64,000 nucleotides of DNA from an uncultured Lachnospiraceae bacterium (GTDB taxonomy: Bacteria > Bacillota > Clostridia > Lachnospirales > Lachnospiraceae), in NCBI GenBank assembly GCA_948441955.1, contig CAOJQZ010000003.1, forward strand, positions 869 through 64,868, written 5' to 3'. Positions within the stretch are counted from its first letter, which is position 1. Every line of letters begins with the position of its first letter. Positions 9,764-19,936 of this stretch are shown here, one piece after another. The position numbers were made by a program, and so were the translations under genes. The notes under the pieces were generated by a model. That model did no database searches, had not been told where the DNA came from, and saw nothing but the letters and a program-made list of their open reading frames with translations.

Positions 9764-9807
9764 CAATCTGGGACGTAGTATTTTTAAAAATACTACGTCC
9801 CAGATTG
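9764..9807. repeat. 44-bp perfect palindrome containing repeat copy 2; possible bidirectional terminator
   Basis: caatctgggacgtagtattttt|aaaaatactacgtcccagattg between convergent rnpB and pyrI. Confidence 0.95.
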
Positions 9808-9822
9808 GCAGATTGGCATTAG

Positions 9823-10275
9823 TTAGCGGCGTCTTAGACGTCCATCATATTTTTGTTCGCAATATTTACAGCGGTATATTTCATGTTCCGGATCTGTCAA
9901 TACAAAGATGTGGTCCAGTTCCTGCTCAATGGAAGTGATGCACCGCGGGTTTTTGCATTTGATTACGTTTTTTATCTCATGAGGAAGGTGAAGGTCCCTT
10001 TTTTCCACAACTACCTCATCCTTTACAATATTTATTGTAATATTGTGGTCTATAAAGCCTAAAATATCGAGATCCATAAAATCTATCGGACATTCGATTT
10101 TCATAATATCCTTTTTCCCCATTTTACTGCTTTTGGCGTTTTTGATGATTGCGACGCAGCAGTCAAGCGTATCAAGATGCAGATATTTATAAATATCCAT
10201 ACTCCGTCCGGCCTGAATATGGTCGAGCACGAAGCCCTCGGAGATACGGCCGACATTTAATGTATTTTCTACCAT
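9823..10275 (-). CDS. pyrI: Aspartate carbamoyltransferase regulatory subunit
   Basis: GFVLDHI.AG, KMGKKDIMKIE, CKNPRCIT...YRCKYC Zn site. Confidence 0.93.
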   Translation of the reverse strand: MVENTLNVGRISEGFVLDHIQAGRSMDIYKYLHLDTLDCCVAIIKNAKSSKMGKKDIMKIECPIDFMDLDILGFIDHNITINIVKDEVVVEKRDLHLPHEIKNVIKCKNPRCITSIEQELDHIFVLTDPEHEIYRCKYCEQKYDGRLRRR

Positions 10276-10296
10276 GATTAATTCCTCCTGTATCGT

Positions 10297-11214
10297 TTAT
10301 ACTTCTATATTTAATAAGGTTATGATCAGGGCCATGCGGATATATACGCCGTACTGCGCCTGTTTAAAATATGCGGCACGGGGGTCGCTGTCAACTTCCA
10401 CAGCTATTTCGTTCACCCTTGGAAGCGGATGAAGAACATACATATCCTTGGATGCCAGCTCCATTTTTTTCGAGTCCAGGATGTAGAAATCCTTCATGCG
10501 GATGTAATCCTCCTCATTGAAGAAACGTTCTTTCTGTACGCGGGTCATGTAAAGGATGTCCAGTGACGGAAGAGCATCCTCAAGGCGCACAACCTCTTCG
10601 TACTCTATATTTTTCCGATCCAGTACGTCAGTACGTATGTAGCTTGGAATTTTAAGTTCTTCTGGTGAAATTAATATGAAGCGGATATTAGGATAACGAA
10701 CCAGTGCGTGAATGAGAGAATGAACGGTACGCCCAAATTTCAGGTCGCCGCAAAGACCAATAGTCATATTGTCAAGTCTTCCCTTTAAGGAGTGTATAGT
10801 TAAAAGATCCGTAAGCGTCTGTGTGGGATGCTGGTGTCCTCCGTCTCCGGCATTGATTACAGGAATCGTGGCATGTGTACTTGCAACAAGCGCGGCGCCT
10901 TCTTTTGGATGACGCATAGCGCAGATATCAGCATAGCAGGAAATCGTCCGTATCGTATCGGCTACGCTTTCACCCTTTGCGGCAGAACTGGAATCAGCTG
11001 AAGAAAATCCAAGAACACTCCCCCCCAGGTTCAGCATTGCTGCTTCATGGCTCAGCCTTGTTCTGGTGCTCGGCTCATAAAATAAGGTGGCAAGCTTTTT
11101 TCCATCGCATACGTGGGCATACTTTTGTGGATTAGCTTCAATGTCGCCTGCCATGTCCATAAGTTTTTCTAATTCTTCCACGGAAAAATCCAGTGGACTC
11201 ATTAAGTGTCTCAT
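10297..11214 (-). CDS. pyrB: Aspartate carbamoyltransferase catalytic subunit
   Basis: [38 protein letters not shown] after AGGAGG. Confidence 0.95.
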   Translation of the reverse strand: MRHLMSPLDFSVEELEKLMDMAGDIEANPQKYAHVCDGKKLATLFYEPSTRTRLSHEAAMLNLGGSVLGFSSADSSSAAKGESVADTIRTISCYADICAMRHPKEGAALVASTHATIPVINAGDGGHQHPTQTLTDLLTIHSLKGRLDNMTIGLCGDLKFGRTVHSLIHALVRYPNIRFILISPEELKIPSYIRTDVLDRKNIEYEEVVRLEDALPSLDILYMTRVQKERFFNEEDYIRMKDFYILDSKKMELASKDMYVLHPLPRVNEIAVEVDSDPRAAYFKQAQYGVYIRMALIITLLNIEV

Positions 11215-11297
11215 AAAACCCTCCTTAAATGACAATATCTTGTTAAAAAGTCTCTGTACATAATATAACATACAGAAGTGATTTTCAACAACGATTT

Positions 11298-11681
11298 TCA
11301 ATGTCTGCAGAGAATCTTTTCGAAAAGAAGTCCGGCACCGAACCAGTAGGGTGCATAATCAAGCCGGATCAGGCCGTTTATATTAAGAGGCGCTTTGCTG
11401 TAGTCCCAGGGACAGGCTTTATATTTTCTAAGGAAAAGGCCGGTTACATACTCGCCTGCAAAAATGCAGCATGTATAGATTCCTCCTCTCAGCATAAGGC
11501 TTTTTCCTTTTAAAAGTCTGCATATGGGCTGCAGAAGACTTGCCATGCCATAGATAGGAAACATCCAGATGGATGTGTTTCCCATAAGCTTTGGATTATG
11601 TTCTTTCAGGGAATGAAGTCCGGTAAAAAGTATTTCCATACACCAGCCGGTTGTTCCGCATGCTAAAAAATTGTTTCTCAT
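11298..11681 (-). CDS. Small membrane protein (putative ABC-transporter type IV/CmpB-like family)
   Basis: GWCMEI.FT, WMFPIYG, EY.TG, CPWDYS, GLIRLD.P.W motifs; start uncertain. Confidence 0.7.
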   Translation of the reverse strand: MRNNFLACGTTGWCMEILFTGLHSLKEHNPKLMGNTSIWMFPIYGMASLLQPICRLLKGKSLMLRGGIYTCCIFAGEYVTGLFLRKYKACPWDYSKAPLNINGLIRLDYAPYWFGAGLLFEKILCRH

Positions 11682-11799
11682 ATCATTGAAGTATGCGGGA
11701 AAAGGCTGTATTTTATACAGGAAATACAAGATATCTATTGAACTGTAAATGTATGATAAGGTATAATACGAGTTAGTTTGAAAAAGGAGCAGGAAAAAG

Positions 11800-12930
11800 A
11801 TGGCATCATTACAGGAATTACGGCAGCAGCTTGATGAAGTCGACGATCAGATCGTAAAATTGTATGAAAAGAGAATGAGTATCTGCGAAAAAGTAGGTGA
11901 ATATAAGATACAGGAGGGGAGAAAGGTTCTGGACCGCCAGCGGGAAAAGGAAAAACTCCGGGATGTGGCGGGAAAGGCCACATCAGACTTTAATAAAAAA
12001 GGAATTCAGGAGCTTTATGAACAGCTTATGTCCATGAGCAGGAAGCTCCAGTATCAGAAGCTTGTGGAGGCGGGGGCGCTGGGGCGTCTCCCCTTCATTG
12101 GGCTCCCTTCACTGGACGCCGGGGAGGCAAGACTTGTCTTTCAGGGAACAGAAGGCGCATATGGACAGGCCGCAATGAAGGCATATTTCGGCGATCGTGT
12201 AAACAGCTACCATGTGCGTACCTTTCGGGATGCCATGGAAGCAATTGAAGAGGGCGCGGCGGATTTTGCTGTGCTTCCGATTGAAAATTCTTCCGCAGGG
12301 GCGGTAAATGAAGTTTATGATCTCCTTGTAGAGTTTGAAAATTATATTGTAGGTGAAACGATTATTCCCGTTGTCCATACACTTTCAGGTCTTCAGGGAA
12401 GCAGTCTGGCAGACATTGAAAAGGTTTATTCAAAGGCAGAAGCGCTGATGCAGACTTCACGTTTTCTAAATGAGCACGGAGGCTGGCAGCAGATCAGCGT
12501 GGCCAATACGGCCGTTGCGGCAAAGAAGATCTTAGAGGAGCAGGACAAAACACAGGCGGCGGTATGCAGCGCATATGCGGCGTCAGTTTATGGACTGAAA
12601 GTGCTTCAGGAAGGAATTAACGACGAGAAAAATAACTCCACAAGATTCATTATTGTGACAAATCAGAAGGTATTTCTCAAGGGAGCTTCAAAGATAAGTA
12701 TCTGTTTTGAACTTCCCCATGAGAGCGGTTCCCTGTATCATTTATTGTCGCATTTCATATATAATGATCTGAATATGACAAGAATAGAATCAAGGCCGGT
12801 AGAAGGAAAAAGCTGGGAATACCGATTCTTTATTGATTTTGAAGGGAATTTGGAGGATGCGGCAGTAAAGAATGCAATCCGGGGGCTCAGAGAGGAAAGC
12901 CGGGGACTTAAAATTCTTGGAAACTATTAA
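11800..12930 (+). CDS. pheA: Chorismate mutase/prephenate dehydratase
   Basis: N-terminal CM domain (LRQQLDEVD), VLPIENSSAG, NSTRF, ACT domain RIESRP. Confidence 0.93.
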   Translation: MASLQELRQQLDEVDDQIVKLYEKRMSICEKVGEYKIQEGRKVLDRQREKEKLRDVAGKATSDFNKKGIQELYEQLMSMSRKLQYQKLVEAGALGRLPFIGLPSLDAGEARLVFQGTEGAYGQAAMKAYFGDRVNSYHVRTFRDAMEAIEEGAADFAVLPIENSSAGAVNEVYDLLVEFENYIVGETIIPVVHTLSGLQGSSLADIEKVYSKAEALMQTSRFLNEHGGWQQISVANTAVAAKKILEEQDKTQAAVCSAYAASVYGLKVLQEGINDEKNNSTRFIIVTNQKVFLKGASKISICFELPHESGSLYHLLSHFIYNDLNMTRIESRPVEGKSWEYRFFIDFEGNLEDAAVKNAIRGLREESRGLKILGNY

Positions 12931-12935
12931 GGGGT

Positions 12936-14234
12936 GTGGATATGAGAACGGATGAACTTATTATATACAGAAATATGGAAAAGGAGGATATACTTTCAGA
13001 TATTTCATATCTGATGGAACATTCAGAAAATTCTGCCGACAGAACAGAGGAACTTAAGAAAAAATTTTTTACCTGCATGGGAAGACTTATTGATATTGCT
13101 GTAAGTCATGGGTTTGAAGGGAATCTCTGGCATAACTATCTTGCATATCTTCTTGCCAGCCATGAAAATGCATATAGCAGATCCTGCGAAATTATAGGAA
13201 GGGTAGAGGGAAGCATCAATGATGCAGTTCTGGGTGATTTTTCCATTCTAAAGGAATTATTCGAATGCGATTTTGCAGGGCTTTCAGAAGCGCTGGGGGT
13301 TTCTCTTCCTTCCTTTTTGTATGACTATAAGGGGGTAAAGGGACATGGAAGAGTATTTAATCAGAGAATCAGGGACCGCATCTGTGAGCTTGGAAGGCAT
13401 CTGGCACAGGTAAAGAACGAAGAAGAGTTTAAAGAGGTTGTGACGAGATTTTATAGAGAATTCGGCGTTGGGAAGCTGGGACTTCATAAAGCCTTCCGGG
13501 TAGAGCATACAGAGGAGGGCGCAGAGATTGTGCCCATAACAAAGATTGCCCATGTAAGGCTTGATGATTTGATAGGATATGAGATTGCCAAGAAGAAATT
13601 GATTGACAATACGGAGGCGTTTGTCAGCGGAAGAAAAGCGAACAATTGTCTGCTTTACGGCGATGCAGGCACAGGAAAGTCTTCGTCCATCAAAGCGGTT
13701 TTAAATCAGTATTATGACAGAGGACTGCGGATGATTGAGGTATATAAGCATCAGTTTCAGGATCTGAATGCCATTATTACACAGATTAAGAATCGGAATT
13801 ATAAATTTATCATTTATATGGACGACCTGTCCTTTGAAGAATTTGAAATAGAATATAAATATTTAAAAGCGGTAATTGAGGGAGGGCTTGAGAGAAAACC
13901 GGATAATGTTCTTATTTATGCCACCTCTAACCGGAGGCATCTGATTCGGGAAACCTTCCGGGATAAGGCGGACAGGGATGAAGAGCTTCATACGAACGAT
14001 ACTGTACAGGAGAAGCTGTCTCTTGTGGCAAGGTTCGGCGTGACAATCTATTTTGGGAAGCCGGACAAAAAGCAGTTTCAGGAAATTGTAAGGCAGCTTG
14101 CCGCAAGGAGCGGAATTGAAATGTCAGAAGAGGCGCTTCTTCTAGAGGCAAATAAATGGGAATTAAGTCATGGCGGATTGTCGGGACGGACAGCCCAGCA
14201 GTTTATTGATTATCTGTCCGGAAAAAAAGAGTGA
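12936..14234 (+). CDS. DUF815 family AAA+ ATPase
   Basis: NNCLLYGDAGTGKSS, YMDDLSFEE, IYATSNRRHL, SGRTAQQF. Confidence 0.85.
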   Translation: MDMRTDELIIYRNMEKEDILSDISYLMEHSENSADRTEELKKKFFTCMGRLIDIAVSHGFEGNLWHNYLAYLLASHENAYSRSCEIIGRVEGSINDAVLGDFSILKELFECDFAGLSEALGVSLPSFLYDYKGVKGHGRVFNQRIRDRICELGRHLAQVKNEEEFKEVVTRFYREFGVGKLGLHKAFRVEHTEEGAEIVPITKIAHVRLDDLIGYEIAKKKLIDNTEAFVSGRKANNCLLYGDAGTGKSSSIKAVLNQYYDRGLRMIEVYKHQFQDLNAIITQIKNRNYKFIIYMDDLSFEEFEIEYKYLKAVIEGGLERKPDNVLIYATSNRRHLIRETFRDKADRDEELHTNDTVQEKLSLVARFGVTIYFGKPDKKQFQEIVRQLAARSGIEMSEEALLLEANKWELSHGGLSGRTAQQFIDYLSGKKE

Positions 14235-14241
14235 GAGGGGT

Positions 14242-14865
14242 ATGAAAATGACAAACAGCGTTGAATCTTTAAAAATCTTAATAGATACATTTGGAGAAGG
14301 ATGGAAGGACAGGCTGACATATTATTTTCGGGGCCAGGGAGAATTTCAACCGGAAGAGAAACGGTGTCTGATTGATTTTTTCAATGCATACCGGGAGGAC
14401 TTCATCGGAAATAGATTATTTAATCTGGCAGGGGTTGAAAAGCTTATTGACAACGAGGTTTTGAATGATAAAATTGAAAATTATGTGGATGATATGCTGA
14501 ATTTATATTATGAGACAGAAGCGCTGCGGGCTTTGGAGGCAAAGGAACCCGTTAAAGTAAAGGCGGCCATTGATTTTATTTTTGAACAGGTAATCCTCCG
14601 TTACAATTCAGATTTTGAGGATTTCTATGATAAATTTGGATTTGCGGGCAGGGAAGAATTCGGTATATCTGCAAGGGCCCTGGATTCTTTGTGCACTTAT
14701 GTGGTGACGGAAAATTTTTATAAAACCACAATTATTGACGTGGTATATAACAACACACGTCTTTCAAACGAAATGTGCCGCCATATAGGGAGCAAAATAG
14801 AAGACAATTTTGTAACTTTGCAGCGTAAGCTCCTGGTGGGGAAGCTTTATGAGATCATGTCATAG
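14242..14865 (+). CDS. Hypothetical protein
   Basis: 207-codon ORF with GAGGGG RBS; no recognised motif. Confidence 0.65.
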   Translation: MKMTNSVESLKILIDTFGEGWKDRLTYYFRGQGEFQPEEKRCLIDFFNAYREDFIGNRLFNLAGVEKLIDNEVLNDKIENYVDDMLNLYYETEALRALEAKEPVKVKAAIDFIFEQVILRYNSDFEDFYDKFGFAGREEFGISARALDSLCTYVVTENFYKTTIIDVVYNNTRLSNEMCRHIGSKIEDNFVTLQRKLLVGKLYEIMS

Positions 14866-14882
14866 CAAAAAGGCAAAAAGGC

Positions 14883-14913
14883 AGGCTGTGGGGATTAATC
14901 CTCCACAGCCTTT
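14883..14913. terminator. Hairpin between convergent genes (putative bidirectional terminator)
   Basis: aggctgtggggatt/aatcctccacagcct, overlapping rqcH stop. Confidence 0.6.
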
Positions 14914-16634
14914 ATATTGGAAATATCCGAATCAATTACCAGCGAATAGTTTGTATAATATACCACAAAGCCAGGCTTCGCACCGTTTGGCTTTTTTACA
15001 TGCTTCTTTTCCACATAATCGATTTCTGTCTTATCGGCGCCGCGGCTTTTTGAATAATAGGCGGCGAGCCTGCCTGCCTCCTCAAAAGTATTATCCGGAA
15101 GCTGGGCGCCATTGGTCCGTACGATCACATGGGAGCCGGCGGCACCTTTGGCATGAAACCACCAGTCATTTCCATTGGCAAAGGAGAAGGTGAGTTCATC
15201 ATTTTGAAAGTTGTTTTTTCCTACATACATATGATAACCATCGCTGGAAATGTAGTGCATGGGTTTGCTTGTAAGCTTTACCTTCTTTTTTGAAAATTTC
15301 CGGCGTACATACCCGCTTTGAATCAGCTCTTCTTTAATCTGAGCCAGATCAGCTTCGCTTCGTGCAATATCTAAGGAGGTACTGATGGATTCAAGATACA
15401 GAATATCGTCCCCTGTTTCCTGTATGAGTTTTGTAAGCGCCTCGAAGGTCCGTTTCTGTTTATTATATCTGGAAAAATATTTCTGTGAATTTTCCTGAGG
15501 TGTTTTTAAGGGATCCAGAGGAATAACAATATCTTTCCCGGTATAATAGTTCTGGCAGGAAAGCTCTTTAGAACCAGCAGGCAGATTATAACCATAAGCA
15601 TTAATAAGCTCCCCATATACCTTATATTTGTCCCGCTGTTCGGTGTCCTTAAGCTGTTTTGTCTGGATCTCATATTTTTTTCGGTTTCTTTCCAGGGCAG
15701 TCTGGACGACATGACGCAGATCAGCGCTTTTCTGCCGAATGCGTGTCAGCGTATTCCTGGAAGAGTAATAGGCGGCGAGGACTTCAGAAACAGAGGCATA
15801 TTCTTTCTTTTCTAAATGGGCATAATGCAGGAGAGGCAATGCAGAAAATTCTACAGGCTCGGCATCCCGATAATAAATCGTCGGATGGAAAGCTTTACTT
15901 TGCACCTCTTCCATGAAGTAGCTGAATTGATGAAACAGATGTATAAGGGTATCATCCGTAAATGCACCCGCATTTGGTTCCAGGTCAATGCCTGCCCGAA
16001 AGCAGATATCTGCTGCGACAACGGGGCTTATGCCGGTAAAACTGACATACAGCGCCTTTGAAACAGGCATTGGTTTATTCTTAAGCGCTTTGATAAAGGT
16101 ATTTTCCTCTACACCCAGCGGGTTAAGCTTAGACATGGTGTCCGGTATAAAATATTTCCGTCCCGGCAGAACCTCCCGGACAGAACTCATTTGTGCGGAT
16201 ACATGCTTGATGCTGTCAATAATCATTCCTTTATCATCACAGAAAATAATATTGCTGTGTTTCCCCATAATTTCAATGATCAGTTTCTTTTTACATGGAT
16301 CGCCCATCTCGTCAAGATGCTCAATATCAATACAGATAATACGCTCAAGTCCTGGCTGGGATACACCGATAATACGGCCGTTTCCGATATGCTTTCTGAG
16401 AAGCATGCAAAAGCCGGGCGCAGTCATGGGGCTGGGTTTATTTTCTTCTGTAAAATAGATCAGAGGGAGAGAAGCGCTGGCCGATATATAAAGCCGTTTT
16501 TGACCGCCGGCTGTCTTTAAAGTGAGAAGAAGCTCGTCTGTTTCCGGCTGGGCAATTTTCGCGAGCCTTCCGCCTGTCAGATGCATATTTAATTCGTCGG
16601 CAATTGCTGCCACAGTGATTCCGTCAAATGCCAT
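14895..16634 (-). CDS. rqcH: NFACT family ribosome quality-control protein RqcH (FbpA)
   Basis: MAFDG, FCMLLRKH, EIMGKHSNII, VGKNNFQND, WFH....GSHV, KPNGAKPG. Confidence 0.92.
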   Translation of the reverse strand: MAFDGITVAAIADELNMHLTGGRLAKIAQPETDELLLTLKTAGGQKRLYISASASLPLIYFTEENKPSPMTAPGFCMLLRKHIGNGRIIGVSQPGLERIICIDIEHLDEMGDPCKKKLIIEIMGKHSNIIFCDDKGMIIDSIKHVSAQMSSVREVLPGRKYFIPDTMSKLNPLGVEENTFIKALKNKPMPVSKALYVSFTGISPVVAADICFRAGIDLEPNAGAFTDDTLIHLFHQFSYFMEEVQSKAFHPTIYYRDAEPVEFSALPLLHYAHLEKKEYASVSEVLAAYYSSRNTLTRIRQKSADLRHVVQTALERNRKKYEIQTKQLKDTEQRDKYKVYGELINAYGYNLPAGSKELSCQNYYTGKDIVIPLDPLKTPQENSQKYFSRYNKQKRTFEALTKLIQETGDDILYLESISTSLDIARSEADLAQIKEELIQSGYVRRKFSKKKVKLTSKPMHYISSDGYHMYVGKNNFQNDELTFSFANGNDWWFHAKGAAGSHVIVRTNGAQLPDNTFEEAGRLAAYYSKSRGADKTEIDYVEKKHVKKPNGAKPGFVVYYTNYSLVIDSDISNIKAVED

Positions 16635-16744
16635 ATGTTTTTCCTTCCTTTTGCAGAATATTTACTCATTCATGTACAAGTATATACCAATATGATATAA
16701 TTCTAAAGTACAAAATTTTGACTTTAAAAGACTATGCCGTATGG

Positions 16745-16773
16745 TTGACGTTATTTTGCAAATGTCTTATAAT
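16745..16773 (+). promoter_or_regulatory. Sigma-A promoter of yicC-gmk operon
   Basis: TTGACG-17-TATAAT. Confidence 0.7.
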
Positions 16774-16810
16774 TAATGCGTAAAATATAACACAAACGAG
16801 GATTTAAATC

Positions 16811-17692
16811 ATGATAAAAAGTATGACAGGTTTCGGCCGATGTGAGATTTCTGACGGAGAGAGAAGATTTACAGTAGAAATGAAGGGAGTTAATCATCGT
16901 TATCTGGATGTGAATATCCGGATGCCTAAAAAATTAAACTGTTTTGAAACTGCGCTGCGAAATCTGATAAAACAGAGCATCCTGAGAGGTAAAGTAGACC
17001 TGTTTATTCAATATGAGGATTTATCTGAAGGACAAATGTCACTTCGCTATAATGAAACGCTTGCAAAGGAATATCTGGGATATCTGAAGCAGATGGGGGA
17101 ACAGTTTTCACTGGAGAATGACATCAGAGTATCAACCCTGTCCCGTTATCCGGAGGTACTGACAATGGAAGAACAGGCGCTTAATGAAGAGGAATTGTGG
17201 GGCGGACTTAAGCAGGCGATGGACGGCGCTGTGCAGCAGTTTATCGCTACAAGGGAAACGGAAGGGAAGAACCTGAAGGAGGATATTCTTCAAAAGCTTG
17301 ACGGAATGCTGGAACTGACAGCCTTTATAGAGGAACGCGCTCCCCAGATCATTGCACAGTACAGAGAAAAGCTTGAGAACAAGGTGAGGGAGCTGTTAGA
17401 GGACGCTCAGATTGAGGAAGGACGTATTGCGGCGGAAGTAGTTCTGTTTGCGGACAAGATCTGCACGGACGAAGAGGTGGTGCGCCTTAGAAGTCATATT
17501 GTACATATGAAAGAAACACTTAATTCCAGAGAGGCGGGAATCGGACGAAAGCTTGATTTTATTGCTCAGGAGATGAATCGGGAGGCCAATACAATCCTTT
17601 CAAAGGCGAATGATCTGGATACGTCCAATGTGGGAATTGACCTCAAAACAGAGATTGAGAAAGTAAGAGAACAGATTCAGAATATTGAATAG
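16811..17692 (+). CDS. yicC: YicC/YloC endoribonuclease
   Basis: MIKSMTGFGR, GRKLDFIAQEMNREANT, REQIQNIE. Confidence 0.93.
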   Translation: MIKSMTGFGRCEISDGERRFTVEMKGVNHRYLDVNIRMPKKLNCFETALRNLIKQSILRGKVDLFIQYEDLSEGQMSLRYNETLAKEYLGYLKQMGEQFSLENDIRVSTLSRYPEVLTMEEQALNEEELWGGLKQAMDGAVQQFIATRETEGKNLKEDILQKLDGMLELTAFIEERAPQIIAQYREKLENKVRELLEDAQIEEGRIAAEVVLFADKICTDEEVVRLRSHIVHMKETLNSREAGIGRKLDFIAQEMNREANTILSKANDLDTSNVGIDLKTEIEKVREQIQNIE

Positions 17693-17703
17693 GAGAAAGC
17701 AGA

Positions 17704-18324
17704 ATGGATAAAAAAGGGATCCTAATTGTAGTATCAGGCTTTTCCGGTGCGGGGAAGGGAACAATTATGAAGGAGCTTCTGAAAAGGTATGATAATTATG
17801 CCCTTTCTGTTTCCGCTACAACGAGAAAACCAAGACCTGGCGAGGAGGAGGGGGAAGCATATTTTTTCAAAACCACTGATGAATTTGAAAAAATGATTGC
17901 GAAAGACGAATTGATAGAGTATGCTAAGTACGTGGAGAATTATTACGGAACGCCGCGCGTTTATGTGGAGGAGCAGCTGAAGGCAGGTAAAGATGTTATT
18001 CTTGAAATTGAGATCCAAGGAGCCCTCAAGGTTAAGAAAAAATTCCCCCACACCCTGCTTTTATTTGTTACGCCGCCAACAGCGTCAGAGCTTAGGAGAC
18101 GTCTTGTAAACCGGGGAACGGAGGAGGAGGATGTTATTGAGTACCGGATCGGCCGTGCAAAGGAGGAGGCCGAGGGGATGGAACAATATGACTATCTGAT
18201 CATAAATGACAGGCTTGAAGAATGCGTGGAAGAAGTACACAGGATTATTGAAGGGGAACACAGACGAAGTTTCCGTAATCAGGAGTTTATAGAAAAAATG
18301 AAAAGAGAGCTGAAAGGAGAATAG
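17704..18324 (+). CDS. gmk: Guanylate kinase
   Basis: SGFSGAGKGT, SATTRKPRPGE, NYYGT. Confidence 0.95.
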   Translation: MDKKGILIVVSGFSGAGKGTIMKELLKRYDNYALSVSATTRKPRPGEEEGEAYFFKTTDEFEKMIAKDELIEYAKYVENYYGTPRVYVEEQLKAGKDVILEIEIQGALKVKKKFPHTLLLFVTPPTASELRRRLVNRGTEEEDVIEYRIGRAKEEAEGMEQYDYLIINDRLEECVEEVHRIIEGEHRRSFRNQEFIEKMKRELKGE

Positions 18325-18330
18325 TGTATT

Positions 18331-18570
18331 ATGTTACACCCGTCTTATACGGATTTAATGAAGGTAGTGAATAAGGATGTGGAGGAAGGAGCCACAAAGG
18401 TGGTAAACAGCCGTTATTCGATTGTTATGGCTACAGCAAAAAGGGCGCGTCAGCTTATTGATGGTTCTATGCCTCTTGTAAGCACGAAGGGCAAAGGGAA
18501 AGCACTGTCTGTTGCAATCGACGAGCTGAATCAGGCAAAAATTAAAGTTGCCGGTGAGGAAGATGAATAA
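18331..18570 (+). CDS. rpoZ: RNA polymerase omega subunit
   Basis: SRYSIVMATAKRARQL; follows gmk. Confidence 0.93.
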   Translation: MLHPSYTDLMKVVNKDVEEGATKVVNSRYSIVMATAKRARQLIDGSMPLVSTKGKGKALSVAIDELNQAKIKVAGEEDE

Positions 18571-19936
18571 GGGGTATGAGGCAGATGCCGGAGGGTGTCT
18601 GCCTTTCTTTAAGAAAAAAGTGCTGTTTATTTCTCTTGGCTGTGATAAAAATCTGGTGGATTCAGAGAATATGCTGGGACTTCTTGAAGACGCAGGGCTC
18701 CAGATTGTTGATGATGAAAGGGAAGCAGAGGTTATTGTAATCAACACATGCTGCTTTATCCATGATGCGAAGGAGGAGAGCATTCAGACGATTCTGGAGA
18801 TGGCTGAATATAAAAAAACAGGAAATTTAAAAGCCCTTATTATTACAGGATGTCTTGCCCAGAGGTACAGGAAGGAGATATTCACGGAGCTTCCGGAAGT
18901 AGATGCCGTGCTGGGAACAACTGCGTACGATAAGATTGTGGAGGCGATACAGGAAGCGCTGGAGGGAAAGACGTGTATCATAGAGGAAGATATAGATATG
19001 CTTCCGATACCGGAAACAAAGCGTCTGGTTACAACAGGCGGTCATTATGCATATCTTAAGATTGCAGAAGGATGTGACAAGCGCTGCACATATTGTATTA
19101 TTCCCAAGGTCCGCGGGAGCTACAGGAGTGTTCCTATGGAACATCTTATAGAGGAGGCGGAGGAGCTTGCCGGCCAGGGAGTAAAGGAACTGATCCTTGT
19201 GGCACAGGAGACGACTCTTTATGGCAGGGACCTTTATGGAGAGAAATCTTTGTATAGGCTTCTCGAAGGCCTTGAAAAAATAGAAGGGCTCCGCTGGATA
19301 CGGGTTCTTTATTGTTATCCGGAGGAAATAGATGATACACTTATTCAGGTGATAAAGAAAAGTAAAAAGGTGTGCCATTATCTTGACCTTCCGATCCAGC
19401 ATGCCAGCAACGATATATTAAAGCATATGGGAAGACGCACATCTAAAAAGCAGCTTGTGGATATTATCAAAAAACTGCGGGAGGAAATACCGGATATTAC
19501 ACTTCGTACAACATTGATAACCGGATTTCCCGGAGAAACAGAAGCACAGCATAAGGAGCTTTTGGAGTTTGTGGACGAAATGGAATTTGATCGGCTTGGA
19601 GTGTTTGCCTATTCTCCGGAAGAGGATACTCCGGCGGCAGAGATGCCGGGACAAATTCCGGAGGAGGTAAAGGAGGAGAGGCAGGCAGAGCTTATGGAGC
19701 TTCAGCAGGAGATTGCGTTCTTAAAAGCAGAAGATATGGTGGGCAAAGAGATGGAAGTGATGGTTGAAGGAAAGGTTGCTGATGAGAATGTCTATGTAGG
19801 AAGAACCTGCAAGGATGCGCCGAATGTGGACGGACTGATATTTATCAATACGGACGAGGAGCTCATGTCCGGAGATTTTGCACGGGTAAAGGTGACCGGT
19901 GCGCTGGAATATGATTTGATAGGAGAGTTGATGTAA
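18563..19936 (+). CDS. rimO: Ribosomal protein S12 methylthiotransferase
   Basis: SLGCDKNLVDSE, NTCCFI, CDKRCTYC radical SAM motif, TRAM domain; start ATG 18563 or GTG 18620. Confidence 0.92.
   Translation: MNKGYEADAGGCLPFFKKKVLFISLGCDKNLVDSENMLGLLEDAGLQIVDDEREAEVIVINTCCFIHDAKEESIQTILEMAEYKKTGNLKALIITGCLAQRYRKEIFTELPEVDAVLGTTAYDKIVEAIQEALEGKTCIIEEDIDMLPIPETKRLVTTGGHYAYLKIAEGCDKRCTYCIIPKVRGSYRSVPMEHLIEEAEELAGQGVKELILVAQETTLYGRDLYGEKSLYRLLEGLEKIEGLRWIRVLYCYPEEIDDTLIQVIKKSKKVCHYLDLPIQHASNDILKHMGRRTSKKQLVDIIKKLREEIPDITLRTTLITGFPGETEAQHKELLEFVDEMEFDRLGVFAYSPEEDTPAAEMPGQIPEEVKEERQAELMELQQEIAFLKAEDMVGKEMEVMVEGKVADENVYVGRTCKDAPNVDGLIFINTDEELMSGDFARVKVTGALEYDLIGELM

Noticed and set aside
9310..9807. 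CRISPR interpretation of the 38-bp repeats
   Set aside because: Only two copies, the intervening sequence is rnpB, and there are no cas genes in the window
9113..9938. Small ORFs sharing the peptide LVHWGQGIFNLG
   Set aside because: Consequence of the inverted repeat around rnpB; they overlap an RNA gene
11215..11300. PyrR attenuator upstream of pyrB
   Set aside because: No AGTCCAGAGAGG-like motif or terminator; only short tctgta/tacaga and gattttcaa repeats of uncertain meaning
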